Source of the DNA: Mobula hypostoma
Taxonomy: Eukaryota
Assembly (NCBI RefSeq): GCF_963921235.1
Contig: NC_086097.1
Coordinates: 164,364,001-164,428,000, forward strand
Direction: 5' to 3'
DNA length: 64,000 nucleotides
Under the pieces are notes generated by a model, which worked only from the letters and a program-made list of their open reading frames with translations, was not told the origin of the DNA and ran no database searches. The number at the start of each line of letters is the position of its first letter. Within the stretch, counting starts at the first letter, position 1. Shown piece after piece: positions 38,065 through 52,208 of the stretch. Made by a program: the position numbers and the translations under genes.

Positions 38065-39847
38065 TGGAATCCGGAATTGGATCAGACTGCTCTACACAGA
38101 CATCCGTAGTGCAGTCCAGGTCAACGGGTGGGAAACAGACAGCTTCCCCATCAGGTCTGGGGTCAGGCAGGGCTGTTGCCTCTCCCCTGTCTTGTTTGTC
38201 TGCTACATAGAACCCTTTGCGGAAACCATCAGGAGGGATGAGGGCATAAGAGGGGTGATGCTGCCAGGCAGTGGAGGGACCCAAGTGAAAACCTCCCTGT
38301 ACATGGACGACGTCACCGTCTTCTGCTCTGATGCAAGGTCAATTCGTAGGTTGATTGGCACCTGCGAACAGTTCGAGCTAGCGCCGGGGGCCAGGGTCAA
38401 CCGCACGAAGAGCGAAGCCATGCTCTTCGGCAACTGGCCCGACCGATCCAGCATCCCCTTCACCATCAGGTCTGACCACGTGAGGGTGTTGGGGATCTGG
38501 TTCGGAGGGGCTGAGGCGTGCAACAAGAACTGGCAGGAGTGGACTGCCAAGGTGAAACAGAAACTGGGACTGTGGGGAGGGCGCTCCCTGTCGATAACAG
38601 GCAAGAACCTGGTCATCAGGTGTGAGGTGCTCTCAGGGCTGCTGTACTTGGCGCAGGTCTGGCCCGTCCCCCACTCCTACAGTTCGGAAATCACCCACGC
38701 TGTCTTCAGATTTATCTGGGGATCCAAGATGGAGCGGGTCAGACGGACCGTCAAGCACAAGTCCCTGGACAACGGGGGCAAGAACGTCCCCATTGTCGCC
38801 CTCACCCTGATGGCCAGCCTCATATGTGGCTGCATCAGGTTGTGTGTAGAACCCAGGTATGTGGGCACCAAGTTCCACTATGTGGCCAGGTTCTACCTGT
38901 CGCCCTGGCTACGAAGGATGGGTCTGGCCCCACTCCCACGCAACGCCCCAGTCAGGTGGTCATTGCCGGCATACCTGTCCTACGTAGAAAAGATTCTTCC
39001 AGGACAACGCCTTTGACCACAGGGCCATCAGGCAGTAGTTGTCACGTAATGTCCTGCAGGCACTGCAGGAGAAGGACGTGATGGACTCAGTGGGATGGTT
39101 CCTCGAGCGGACCGTCCAGTTCATCTGGCAAATGCTTCAACGCCAGATCTCACCAACAGGCACCAGGACCTCGCCTGGCTGGCGGTGAGAGGGGCCCTCC
39201 CAGTCAGATCCTTCCTATACGCCCGGGACGTCGTCTCCGCACCCCACTGCCCACGGGAGGACTGCAGTAAGGAGGAGTCTGTGACCCACCTCTTTGCACA
39301 CTGTCAGTTCGCAGGGAGGGTGTGGAGGAGGATGGACGGGCTAGTGTCACGTTTTATCCCCAGCAGCTGTGTAACAGAGGACTCTCTGATCTACGGGCTG
39401 TTCCCGGGGACGCACACGGAGACCAACATCCGGTGCTGCTGGCAGATCATCAACTCAGTGAAAGACGGTCTTTGGTCGGCCCGAAACTTGATGATCTACC
39501 AGCACATGGAGATGACCGTGGGAGAATGCTGCCGACTGGCACATTCTCGGCTGCAGGAGTACGTGCTGAGGGACGCACTGAAACTCGGTGCAGCCACCGC
39601 AAGGGCCCGGTGGGGAAGGCCCACGGTATAGATTTCTCCACCCGTGGGAGTGGGAGGGGTCGGTGGGCGGGGAGTATACCCCTCAACAATGATATGGTAA
39701 GGTGAACAACTGGAGTGCCACGTGGGTGGCCATAAGTACGGATGTGTACTGACTATAATGGAAATGTACGTAAAGGATGGAAAGTTATTGAATGGTTTAT
39801 TGTATATAATTTTATTTTTGAATAAAGTATATTTTGAAATAAAAAAA
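38065..39847 (+). mobile_element. 5'-truncated Tx1-type (L1 superfamily) LINE
   Basis: GVRQGCCLSP and YMDD RT motifs, CPREDC..EESVTHLF..C zinc knuckle, AATAAA and a short A tail. GC-rich with few disruptions. Confidence 0.9.
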
Positions 39848-39914
39848 TTGTACTCACCTCTATCACTTCCTCTGGCAGCTTGTCATATATATATCTACTG
39901 ACCTCCATGTGCAA

Positions 39915-41815
39915 AACTGTGGACCATCTGGATAACAGGAACACATACAGTATGCTATTGTTTACAGTTTGCTGTTCAATACAATCATCCCATCCAGACT
40001 TATCGTCAATCTTCAAGACCTGGGCCTCTTTCTTCCCTTTGCGACTGGCTCCACAGCATCTTCGCCAGTAGACCTCAGTCACTGAGGATTAATAACAGCA
40101 TCTCCTCCTAGCTGACCAACAGCACAGGTGTACCTCAAGGTTGCATGCCCTACCACCGCGCCCCCCCGCTCTACTCCCCATGTACACGTGACAGTGCAAT
40201 ATCAGCTCCAATGCCATATCAAGACTGACTGATGACACCACTGTGGTTGGACAAATTGCAGAAGATGATGAGTCAGGTTGCAGGGCCAATATAGAACATC
40301 TGGTTTAGTGATGCAGCAATAACAATCTTTCATTCAATATCAGTAAAACTAAAGAGCTGATTGTTGACTTCAGGAAGGGGAAGTGGCCACAAACATGCAT
40401 TGGGAGTCTGCATTGGGAGACCAGCAGTAGAGAAGGTTAGCAGCTTTAAATTCCTGGGCAAATAACATATCAATGATCTGTCCTGGGCCTAGTACATAGA
40501 TGTAATCATAAGTGTAAGGGGTTTCTTCTTTTATGTTACTGCAAAGGCTAACAAAATGGCTTCTTTGTTATGTTATAATTAAAATGGCTTTTCTGTAATA
40601 ATAACTGCGATGTAAGGTGTTCTTTCTCTCTCTCTCTCTGCTTGTTTGGGTTATATTATTGATAAGAGGAAGAACAAACCAATTGGGATAGATGTTATTC
40701 TTTCTTGTGTGTCTGTAAGCTATTGTGTTTCACAGGCTTTGAGGCAGAAGGCGCGATGGGGACAGAGAGAGGAGACGCGATTCTGTGACCCTGGGTGGCA
40801 GGACCAACCCTGAGCAGGAGTCCGAGGCCCAGGGTCTTTGGCGTGGAGTGGAGACGAAGACAGACTCGTGTGGAGCATCTGGTTGACCACTGTGGTTGGT
40901 CCCAGGTGGTGGGTCGGGGGGGTTGGAGGGGATCAAATGGTGGAAAGAAGACTCCGTTAATTGGGCTCCAACTGTTGTGCACGAGGTGATTGAACTTTGA
41001 TGAGTTTGGCACCTTTTATTTTCCTTTTATATTTTATCTCTATTAATTACATAGTTCCAGTAAGATCTGTAAAGTGTAATTATTTAATTGCATATGGTGT
41101 ATTGTCTGTTATTTGGCGGGGTGAGGTACATCACACAGCATCCACACAAACTTGATTACCCAGTTTGGCGGGGCCGAAGGCTGCTCTCCCCAGACGGAAG
41201 CGAGCTGAGCGAGCCTGAGGCTTATCGGAGGCTACACAAGGAATGAGGGCCAGTATCTTTGCTTTCTGAGAAGGTTCGGGCAGTTTGGCACATCACTGAA
41301 CACTCCAGCAGTCCTCTACAGATGCATTGTTGAACATATTTTGATCGGTTACATCATGGTTTGATATGGCAATTCAAATATTCAGGAACATAAGAAGTTA
41401 CAGAGATTAGTGGACTCAGTACAAAACATCATGGACATATCCTTCCCCACCACCAGCACTATCTACATGATGCACTGCCTCAAGAAGGCAACATCTATCA
41501 AATATCCCCATGATCCAGGCAAGGGCACTATCTCGCAGCTACAAATGGGCAGGAGGTAAAGAAACCTAAAGCCCCACATCACAGGGTGAGGAACAGGTTC
41601 TTGAACCATGAGGCACGTCCATAATCACTGCAACAATATAATCTCTTTGTTCAGTTTGCACTATCTTTTTTGTTCTAATTGTTTTTCTTATAAACACATT
41701 GTATCATTTGTTTTTCTTGCGAATGCTCCTTTTATAATGCTATGCACCTGTGATGCTGCTACAAGTAAGTTTTTTTTTGCACCTGTCCATACGTAAACTT
41801 ATACATACAACTATA
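39915..41815 (+). mobile_element. Old Rex1/Babar LINE interrupted by a solo LTR
   Basis: DDTTVVG...NISKTKELIVDFRKG-type motifs on both sides of the LTR. Confidence 0.75.
40513..41236. mobile_element. Solo LTR (probably Gypsy)
   Basis: tgtaag...gctaca termini; near-perfect 4-bp TSD taag/caag; the host Rex1 sequence resumes after it. Confidence 0.75.
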
Positions 41816-44714
41816 AACTCAAATTTGACTTTGACTTTGAAATGGTTGCCCCTCAGGTCCCCTTTAAACACTTCCCCTCTCAGCTTAAGCATGTGCCCTC
41901 TAGTCTTAGACTCTCCTACCATCATATCCACTGTATATCTCATATGATTTTATAAACCTTTATTAGATTACCCATCAGCTTCTTTCGCTACAAAGAAAAC
42001 AGACTTAGACTATCCAGTCTCTTATAACTCAATCCTTCCAATTTTGACATCTCTGCTCAGTGGTTTTTGGGCTTGCTTTCTTAAAAATTGGGTTATTCGG
42101 GTTGCTTGCTTTGTGACTGCCTATAAGCAGGCAAATTTCAAGGTGTATGATTTATATATTCTTTGATAATAAATGTGTTTTGAATTTTGGAATGCTTGTC
42201 AATCCATTCTGCACCCTCTCTAGCCTGCTTACATCCTTCCTACATTACGATGACCAGATCTGCACATAATAGTCCAGGTACTGACTTGCCAACATCTTGT
42301 ACACCTGTAATACAATGTCCCAACTCTTGATCTTGGTATAACCTTGTTGTTGTGAAGATTTTTGCAGATCTAGCAAAATTTGATCATTTGGGTGAATTTA
42401 GAGGTGCAGTTCTATAAAGTTTCTTTATCTGCACATACTACACACTTTAGAAACTTAACACAATGTCAAAAGAGTCCCACATCACAGCCCATTGAGGGTA
42501 AATGTAGAACCATGGCTCTGTAATTGCTCTTCATCAAGAAACCTTTGTGATTGTCTTATTGTATCATCAAGTGTATTTTATTTTCAAGTGCCAGGAACAA
42601 AGCACATCAGTGCATTAGAACAGAAGGTATAATAGCACTACTTCCATCTCTCACTCAGACAGGTCACCTGCTGTTCCTTATAGCACTCTTAGGTTAAATT
42701 GTTCACTGAAAGCCTTTCTAGCCACTCTTTATCATCAAGAACAATACCTGTCTTTGTGTAAGATGTCAAACACCATAGCAAATTATTGTTAAAAGCTAAT
42801 CACCAAATCCCATTGATGTGTAAGTCTGAAAGATGATCTAAAGGACAAAAAAGTGGGAACTAGTTCTCATTAAGAGGCATTGTAATCTTTACCTGCCAAA
42901 TAAATAGAGAGAAAAATTGCTATTGCATTTCTGATTGGTCTTTCCTGCAATACATTTGCACAACGTAGAATCCACTTATTCTTTCTAAATAAACACGGGG
43001 ACAGCAGTGGCATCAGTAGTAAGGTTTCACATGTTGCAAGCAATGTTTGAGAGCTGGTCATGTAATTTTCATTGTCCACGGAATGTCCTGGAGCCTGCAG
43101 GAGTTAGAAATTCACCTCAGTGATTGAAGTGTGAACAGTCAAGCAAGCATTTTAAAAATACCCTGAAAAATCCCTGCACATTGTAAAAAGATGCAAGAAG
43201 TGAGTAAAAGGAAAGTATATTACTGTATTTCTAAATGGTTGGTGGATCACAGAGTGGGAAGTTAGAAATATTCATGCAAGATATTTCATGGAAGGAATTA
43301 TTAGAATTTCGTTTACTACCAGAAGTAACTGTTGAAGCAAAGCTGATTGTGACATTTCAGAGGGATTAGATCAGCATTTGAGGGAAAAAATGGTAAAGGT
43401 TGTCAAGGATGATATGAACATTGGATTGAAGTTTAACAGCCCATGGCAGGGATGGTAGCTGCTCAGACACGATAAGAATATAATACAAAAGAATTAGGTG
43501 CAGGCGCAGACATACGGCCCTGAGAGCTACTCCACTATTCACTAAGTCATGGCTGACGTTGTGTCTCATCACTTGTCTGCCTAATGGCAACACCCACTAC
43601 CTCCATTAATGCTCAGCCTTTCAGCTTTCAATATACTCAGTCACGAAACATTCACAGCCACCCGAAGAGGATTCCAAATATTTACAACTCTCTGCTGGAA
43701 GAACCTCCAGTCCTAAATGCTCTCTTAACACTACACTATTCTCTAGTGGAGGTATGGGAATCTGCAGGTGCTGGAACCTAGAGAAACCACACAAAAATAG
43801 CTGAAGGAACTCAACAGGTCAGGCAGCTTCTGTGGAAATAAATGGACAGTCAACATTTTGGGTCTATTCCCTGGTACTAGATTCTCCTGCCTCTTTATTC
43901 GAAATGAGTCAAATGAACCCCTTTGTTTGCTGAAAAACCATTCATGTCTGTACCATAAGCTTCTTACAGGAGTCTTCACAGAGGATCAATGGAAGGGTGC
44001 AGGATGGGACTTAACATTCAATGTGGGAAGTGTATTTGCAAGGCACCCAATATAATGGACACATGAACACTCTTTTGTCTGTAAAATGGGTGCACCACCA
44101 ACCTAGACTGAGCTGCCTGTGCACATGAAATAAGAGAAGCTCATGCACAGCTGCAAAAAGTAACCTAGAAGAGTAACGACATGTTCGCCTCTCCCTTAAG
44201 GAGCCTACATTTCAATGCAAGGGATTATTTCAATGAAGCATTTATTTCCACAAATAACTGCTGAAACAGAGATGATCATAACAATTCAGAGGAACTACAT
44301 CCCCATTTAAAGGCAAATATTGCTGACATTTGCAAGGATAGAGTATACCTGGTGTAGGAAGTTGCAGCCCCATTACAGAGACTGAAGCTGCAGAGCATGA
44401 GAAAGAATGTTGTTCATGGTCAGACCTCAACAATGGCCATCAGGAACATACTTTAGCCTTGGGTAGGACAGTCTATCAACAGGATTCAAATGAATAAATG
44501 ATGTAATTGGATGAATTTTAAGTTTAGAAGGTGTAAGGGTGGTTAAACGGGGTGTGCTGGTGTCATTTTCAAAACCTTTGCAAAAATTTATTAGGATGGA
44601 AATGATTTTGGTGGAGATTCCACAACCAGAAGTTTTAAATATAAAATCAGAGGCAGGACTTTAGATACAACACCGGGTCATGTCATCTACAGAAATTATC
44701 TGATGACTCACCAA

Positions 44715-45520
44715 TAGTTGGGTGTATAAAGGGAGGATGGGAGGATGAATACAGGACCCTGGTGGAGGACTTTGTCAAATAATGCAAACTGAATCACCTG
44801 CAACTCAACATCAGTAAGACAAAGGAGATGGTGATGGACTTTAGGAAGACTAAGCCTGCACTGCTCCCTGTCACTACTGATGGTGAGGACATGGATGTGG
44901 TGAGGACTTACAAGTACCTGGGCTGCACCTAAATGACAGACTTGAGGAGTGGAGCACCAACACAGAGGCTGTGTACAAGAAGGGCCAGAGTTGCCTCTAC
45001 TTCCTGAGGAGACTGAGGTCCTTTGGAGTATGCAGGTCTCTCCTTCAACTGTTCTACCTGTCTGTTGTCGCCAGTACAATCTTCTATGTGGTCGTGTGTT
45101 GGGGCAATGGCATCAACACGGGTGATGCCAACAGGCTTAATAAACTGATTAGAAAGCCTGGCTTTGTTATAGCAGTCAAACTGGACACACTGGAGGCTGT
45201 GGTAGAACAAAGGACCCTACAGAAAATCCTGGCAATTCTTGACAATGTTTCTCACCCTCTGCATGCCGCCTTGCCTGAACAGATGAGCACTTTTAGTAAC
45301 TGACCAAGACAACTGCGCCACTTCAAAGAGTGCTACATGAGGTCATTTTTACCCTCGGCCATTCGGCTCTATAGCCAGGGAAGTGATGACTCCCTCCTGT
45401 TAGACCATTCGTGGTAATTTATTTTTTATTCTTTCTACTTCTCTACTAATATTTATATCTGTGCACTTGTAATGCTACTGTGACACTGTAATTTCCTTTG
45501 CAATCAATAAAGTGTCTATC
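44715..45520 (+). mobile_element. Rex1/Babar LINE 3' part
   Basis: SKTKEMVMDFRK and KKGQSCLYFLRRLRSFGV; AATAAA followed by a tail. Confidence 0.88.
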
Positions 45521-48240
45521 TTTGCAGTGAATTTGATCACATGGAAATGGAAACCAGGAGTTCTTTCCATATAGTTTTCCCACCAGACCAAACACATTCC
45601 ACTGTTTTGCCCTTTGGTAGAATCGTGCCAGAGCAATGAAGGATTGCAAATGTTACAGTACCATTCAAAAAAGGAACAAGGTATAAGTCCAGCATGGATT
45701 TGTTTGGCTAATGTGACTGAAGTCTCTCATGAACTGATGTTCAAAGTTCAAAGTATATTTATTATCTAAATATATATACTATATGCAACCTTGAGATCCG
45801 TCTCCTTACAGGCAGCCACAAAACAAAGAAACCTAATAGAAATCATTAAAAAAGAACTGTCAAACATCCAGTGTGCAGAAAAAAACCAAATCATGCAACA
45901 ATAAAAGTAAGCAAGTAACCTTCAGAACAGAAGTTCATGAAAATGAGTCCACAGCCACAAAGCCAGTCATTACTGCAGTGATTCAGGAGCCTGTTAATTG
46001 CAGGCCACAGCCTCAGTTCAGTGCAGGGAGGAGTAAACCTCATGGAGCTGAACCGGTCCGTTCCTCACTTCTGGCCCCGACATCCTGACCAATGCAATCT
46101 GGCAGTGTTTAAATCATCCAGACCAAATGTAGGTCCTTGGTCTCAGACCCAGGCCCTGCCTCCTCAATTCGGCCCGTAACTGACCTTTCCAATTCTGTGT
46201 GGTACTTAAGTTGATCAAACCTCGGGCCTTTCCTTGCTCTTGGACTTGGGCCCAGGCTCCACCGCCTCACCTCTGTTCTGCCTCATCGAATCAGCTCCAA
46301 GTCCGCTCCAGCAATTGCCAAACATTGGATTATTCTCTGCTTTTGGGCCTGGGCCTGGTCCCTGCCGCTTCAATTTGACCTAAAAAAAACAATGCTGCAA
46401 CCATCCTGCACCTTTGAGACTTCAGTTCACATCTCAAAAATGTCAGCTCGTACAGGTGGTTCAAAAACCCAACCCCAAAAAGGAAGTTACAGGCTATTGA
46501 TTGCAGTGATGGTTTACCAGAAAAGAAGTGTGATTAACAAAGTAATCAGTAGCTAAAGTCAATGCGTACATTGACTTTCAAAATTCCACATAAATGACAC
46601 ATGAGCAAAATTAATAACGTCCTAAACAATGGTGGTTACAAGTGACTGATTACCTTAGGGAAAGCATTGGGACCGTTGATCTTTATGATGTAAAAATAGT
46701 GGCCTGGACTTTGTTTCAATAGCTAGATAACAGAACATCAGAACCAGATGTGACATTATTGAAAAATCTGTTGTATAATCAAAACATACTACCTGTAAGA
46801 TAGTGGCAGGAGATTCAATTTTGCGCTATCTTAAAAGTTCAAATGGATTCAGGAAAACACACACTAAAGTCAATAAAATTGGTATTTCTGAAAGGATGCA
46901 AGAGAATTGTTGATCAACCATAATCTTCCAGGATGCGTTATAAAATAATACAGAGGCAGGTGCAAGAAATATTTACACAGGCAATACAAAACCTGAACGG
47001 AAATGCATATCAATAGAGACTGAACGGGCTGTACTTTGTTTTGAAAAGGAAAGGCTGTAGAGTGGCCTGATAGAGATCTTTATGCTTAAGTAAGGTTATG
47101 ATAAGGTAGACTCAAAAAAACTTGTAGTAGATATCTGATTGATCATAAATATATACCTTGACATTTATTAAATAATTTCGAGGCAACACCCTTATCCAGA
47201 GAATGGCCTAAACATAGAAAATTTATGACAAGGAATATTCAACATGAATAGCATAGTGGCAGTTCTGAGGCCCAGATAAAAATATGATGAAGAAATAATT
47301 GAAAAGATATTCTGTGGAGAGCAAAAGAGGGAGACTCCACTGATTATAAATCTGCGATACCTATATGGCCTATTTCTGTAATAGAAACATAGAAACCTAC
47401 AGCACAATACAGACCCTTCGGCCCATAGTGCTGTACCGTACATGTACTTACTTTAGAAACTGCACAATTTTTAAAACGGTAATTTCAAATGGAGTTGGAT
47501 AAATGTTTGAAAGAGAAGGAAACGTAGGGAGCCATGGGGAATGAACAGGGAAGAAGGCTGTAATGGATAAAGATATGGCTTCTACCGAGTAGGTCAAATA
47601 CATTCCTTCAGTACCAGTTAGTTGATGCCATGAATCTTTGGAAAAGTTCTTGGTGGACTTCTGAAATGTTCTGGATTTCACTGATGGTTTAGAAACTAGA
47701 ATTAGGCCTAGTAAATGGACCTGATGTTGATTTTCAATATAATATCACTGAAAAACAGAACAAGTTTAAGAAGCTGAAAGCACACTTTTCTTATGCATTT
47801 GCAACGCATACTAGTCTCTACCCACAGTGCTCGACATTGTCCACAGTAATTTGGCCTGCCACCACTAATGCTGGGTAGAATTCCTTTGCTTCAGAGCTTG
47901 TATATGAAATGTAGTAGCAGTAAGCAGCAGTAACTCTGAGCTTTCAGTGACATCGCTGAGAGAAACTGATAGCTAGTTACCTTTATTCGGGCTGAGTCCT
48001 GATATGGAGTTTTGATCAACAGGTCTGTCCCCTCCCACCTCCCCCCCACCCCACCCACCACACCCATAACAGACATTGCTCAGCCTACTGAGTCTCTCCA
48101 GGAAGTTGTTTGCTGCTTGGGATTCCAATGTCTGCAGTCTCTTCTGCCACCGTCTGAATCCTTCAGTACCTTGCCTATTCAAGTGCCCATATAATTGTCT
48201 CCTAGACATTGTGATTACATTGATTCCACCACTTTCTCAC

Positions 48241-49245
48241 CACAGTGGTGCAACCAATGGTGCCACAGTCCCACAATGCCAGTGACCTGTGTACAATCCT
48301 GATGCTAGCAGTATGGAGTTTAGATTAGATTAGATTATGAGGACACTGAGTCCTCGTTTATTGACATTTTGAAATGCATGCATTAAAAGATGATACAGCG
48401 TTCCTCCAGAATGATATCACAAGAAAACACAGGACAAACCAAGACTAAAACTGACAAAACCACATAATTATAACATATAGTTACAAGAGTGCAAAGCAAT
48501 ACCGTAATTTGATAAAGAGCAGACCATGGGCATGGTAAAAAAAAGTCTCAAAGTCCCGAGAGACTCATCATCTCACACAGACAGTAGAAGGGAGAAACTC
48601 TCCCTGCCATGAACCTCCAAGCACTGCAAACTTGCCGATGCAGCACCATCGGAAGCACCTGACTGCAGCGGACTCTGAGTCCATCCGAAAACTTCGAGCC
48701 TCCGACCAGCCCCTTCGACACCGACCACCGAGCACCATCTCTGCTGAGCGCTTCGACCCCGCACCGGCCGCCGAGCAACAAGCAAAGCTGAGGACTCGGG
48801 GCCTTCTCCTCCGGAGATTCTGGACCACACAGTAGCAGCAGCAGCGAACAGGAATTTCAGAAGTTTCACCAGATGTTTCTCCATGCTCTCACGTCCGTCT
48901 CCATCAAATCAGGATTGTGCACGGCACCCTACTTGACAAATAACAGATATTCATCACCGGAGTGGCCGCTGCGTGCTGCATTGCACCGCCATCTTCCTTC
49001 TTCCTAAGTTTTTTCCTGTGACTGCTTGGGTTTCCTCCAAATGCTCCAGTTTCCTCCCTCATCCCAAAAACATGTCTAATTGGCCACTGAAATTTTCCAT
49101 AGTGTGTAAGTGAGTGGTAGAGTTTGGGGAGAGTTGATGGGAATATGGAGAGAACAAAAATATGGGATTAGTGTATATTGGTGGTTCATGGTCAGTGCCG
49201 ACTCTATGAGCTAAAGAGTCCAGAGACTCTATGACTTTATGATTT
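48241..49245 (+). mobile_element. V-SINE split by a non-coding LINE-derived element
   Basis: Head at 48241-48320; the V-domain (gggtttcctcc...ccagtttcctccc) resumes at about 49008. Confidence 0.7.
48321..49005 (-). mobile_element. Non-autonomous Rex1-like retroposon (5' leader and 3' tail, no ORF)
   Basis: The minus strand begins gaagatggcgg, has a CpG-rich body, and ends AATAAA plus a (tctaa)n tail. Confidence 0.6.
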
Positions 49246-50134
49246 GACAACGCATTCCAGGAGTAAGTTTCTGTTTAAAAAATGTCCTCATCAGATCCCT
49301 TTTAAATCAATTCTCTTACCTTAAACATACGGTCTCTTGTTCTATGTATTTTTTTTGTGTGTGACTGTATTTTACTGATATGTATGCTTGCTCTCTTATA
49401 TTTGCTTCCTATTTTTTATGTGCTATGTGTGTCTTCTGCTGTGTATGACTGCTGGTACTGTGGTTTGGAGCTCAGACCCAGAGTAACGATGTCTGTATTC
49501 ATGTAAGGTATGAAATTAAAACTGAACTTGTTTTTGATAGCCGTATCATGGGAAAAGGATTCAATTCACTCTATGTATGCCTCTTTGTGATGAAGATGTT
49601 TCAACAGTGCTTCTTGAAAGGAAGCACTTGGATCAAAAGCATTACCCAAAGATATTTGTTTATCGGTATATATGTTTATTTATTGTATCATGATTCACAT
49701 GTTTGTTTCTGTTCCTGTCTTTGTACCACACACCCCTTCCCCTGATGTTTGCAGTTTCCTTGCTTTGTTCTATTTATGTTTACAGTGTTCAATTTAGCAG
49801 GCTTCCTACTGTTAGATCCAAAGAATAAAAATATCTCAACTCTTACAGCTGAATGTGCATTAAACCTTTTCCTGAGCACCCCCATCTCCTAATTACCGAT
49901 CTCATTTCCCTAGGGTTACAGATTTACACAAGCACACTGTTCTTTGGAGCAAAATGCCATCTCTTCACTAGTTACTTGTTTGATCAACTGGCTACTTTAA
50001 AAGGAGGTTTGCTATGCAAAACAACTGCTGTATTAAATTTATCCCAAATTCAATGAAGACTTAATTAAAAATTTCCTTTTCTGACTGCACTGCAAATGAG
50101 GTTGCTTTCTTGTCCTCTTAATTGTCTGAAGCTA

Positions 50135-50730
50135 GAGAGGTGTGTGAAGCACTCTATTCCAAATTTGTAGGATTCTTGGCTGGGTTTATAATTCAAATAG
50201 AATGCACTTAAGATGAGGGACGAAAGGTCAAAGATGTGTTGGTCAAGATTTTTACACAGAGGGTGTGGAATGTAGGTGGCAGTGGAATGTGCTGCCAGAG
50301 GTGTTAGGTGGAGGCAAATACAGCAGAGGTTCAAATGTTCGGAGACAGGCACACAAACACATAAAGAATGGTGAGATTATGGACTTGTGTAGGCAGAAAG
50401 GATTAGTTTTGTTAGGATTTTAATTACTAGTTTAATTAGTTCAGTGCTACATTGTGGACGGAAGGCCCTGTCCCTGTGCTTCATTGCTCTATGTTCATTC
50501 CTACGCCTTGTTCTCCAGTGTAGGAAACAATAGTAGGCAGCCTACTCCTTAAATATTCATTGTATCTCAATGCTAAGATTTCTGCAAGTTGAAATTGAGC
50601 ATCATTAGCCATATAAGCATCAAAACCTGTGCTGAAATTTAACGCTGATCCTAAATTATATCCAGTGTTGAATCATAAACCCAGCCAAGAATCCTACACG
50701 TTTTGAAATAGAGTCCATCACACACCCCCC
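50135..50730. mobile_element. Old TA-flanked MITE with about 60-bp TIRs, containing a CR1 tail insertion
   Basis: 50141-50196 is an imperfect reverse complement of 50668-50724; TA at 50133-50134 and 50731-50732. Confidence 0.65.
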
Positions 50731-51725
50731 TACTGATTTTCACAGTCTTACTGAATTAAAGTGTGTATGCTTGGTTCTTTTTTCCCCCAAAAAGGCTTGT
50801 TATTCCATTTGACAGACTGCAGCTGCGAAGGCAATGCATTTCAGAACAAGAAGGGTAAACCTACAGTGGAGTTCAAGTGGAATGCACAGTTGGAGCTAAT
50901 ATGGCAGTAGCTTAATCTATTGTAAAGCCATCAATAACTTGATCTATTGCTGGATTCAAACATTAAGAAATAAACAATCTAAAAAAAAAATCAGAACTAA
51001 TTATGATGTATTTTTTTCCAGATAGCAAAGAAATCAGGGTAATTGTTCACTCTGTTGTTCAAATAGGGTTGCTGACGGTGAGCATTAGGTATAGATAAAT
51101 CATTTAGTCCACTGAATGCTCTTCATAGATATTTGTTACAGTAGTGATCCACAGTGTACTGAACTGAGACAGATATTGCAACTAAATATATGGGAGTGGT
51201 TATAGACAATGACTATTTGGCTTATTGCCAAGAATGCCACTTGGCTTACAACTACTCCCACACACAAATAATGCCTTACATACAATAGACAGTTTATTAT
51301 AAAACCATAGACGTTAACTTTCATGTGAGCTGCTCAGCATGGATGATGATGTTGAGCCTTTCGTATGGTATTATAATCTAAAATCATTTGTGGAGTACAA
51401 TCCTCAATGCTAAATAACATACTCCAACTGTGATCTTACAAATGTTTGAACCCAATTCAACATGAAATAATTTGTTGTTTTCGTTGTAAAGGCAAGCATC
51501 TAATGGCAGACCAGTTTAGAACTTAGAACATAGAACAGTTCTGCGCAGTACAGGCCCTTTGGCCCATGATGTTGTGCCAACCTTTTAACATACTCCATGA
51601 TCAAGCTAACCATTTCCCCTTCATGGCCCTTAACCTTCAATATTTTCTTTTCATTCATGTACCTATCTAAGACTTTCTTAAGCATCCCTAATACATCAGC
51701 CTCCAGCAGTACACTTCAGGCTCTG

Positions 51726-52208
51726 TCTGTCTGTCTGTCTAGGTCCAATGCAGACATTGGTGACTTGGTGACCATGGTTTTCCATACAGATCTATCCCTT
51801 CGTTTTTCTGGATGACTTCCATTTCCTCGATGTGTAGCCACCTGGCTATGCTTTTGATGTACATAAGCCGAGGTCTTCCTCTAGGTTTTCTCCCCTCAAT
51901 CTTTCCAGAGAGTATGAGTTTTTCTAGCTCATCTTTCCGCATGATGTGTCCCAGGAATCTGAGTTGTCTTTCTCTTATTGTTGGTATGAGTGATCGAACT
52001 GCTTGGGCTCTTCTGAGAACTTCTTCATTTGATATGTGTGTGGTCCATGATATTTTTAACATTCTCCTGTAGAACCATAATTCAGCTGCTTCTAGTCTCT
52101 TTTCCATTGCTGGGGAAATGGTCCAACGTTCACTTCCATAAGTCAGGATAGAATAATTGTAGCACTGTGGTATTCTGTTTTTAGTGTACGTGCTCATCTT
52201 TCTGTTTG
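51726..52208 (-). mobile_element. 5'-truncated RTE-clade LINE
   Basis: YGSERW...RRMLKISW...NEEVL...QLRFLGHIMR...GRKPRGRP; (agac)n tail; 11-bp TSD ttcaggctctg at 51715-51725 and 52209-52219. Confidence 0.9.
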
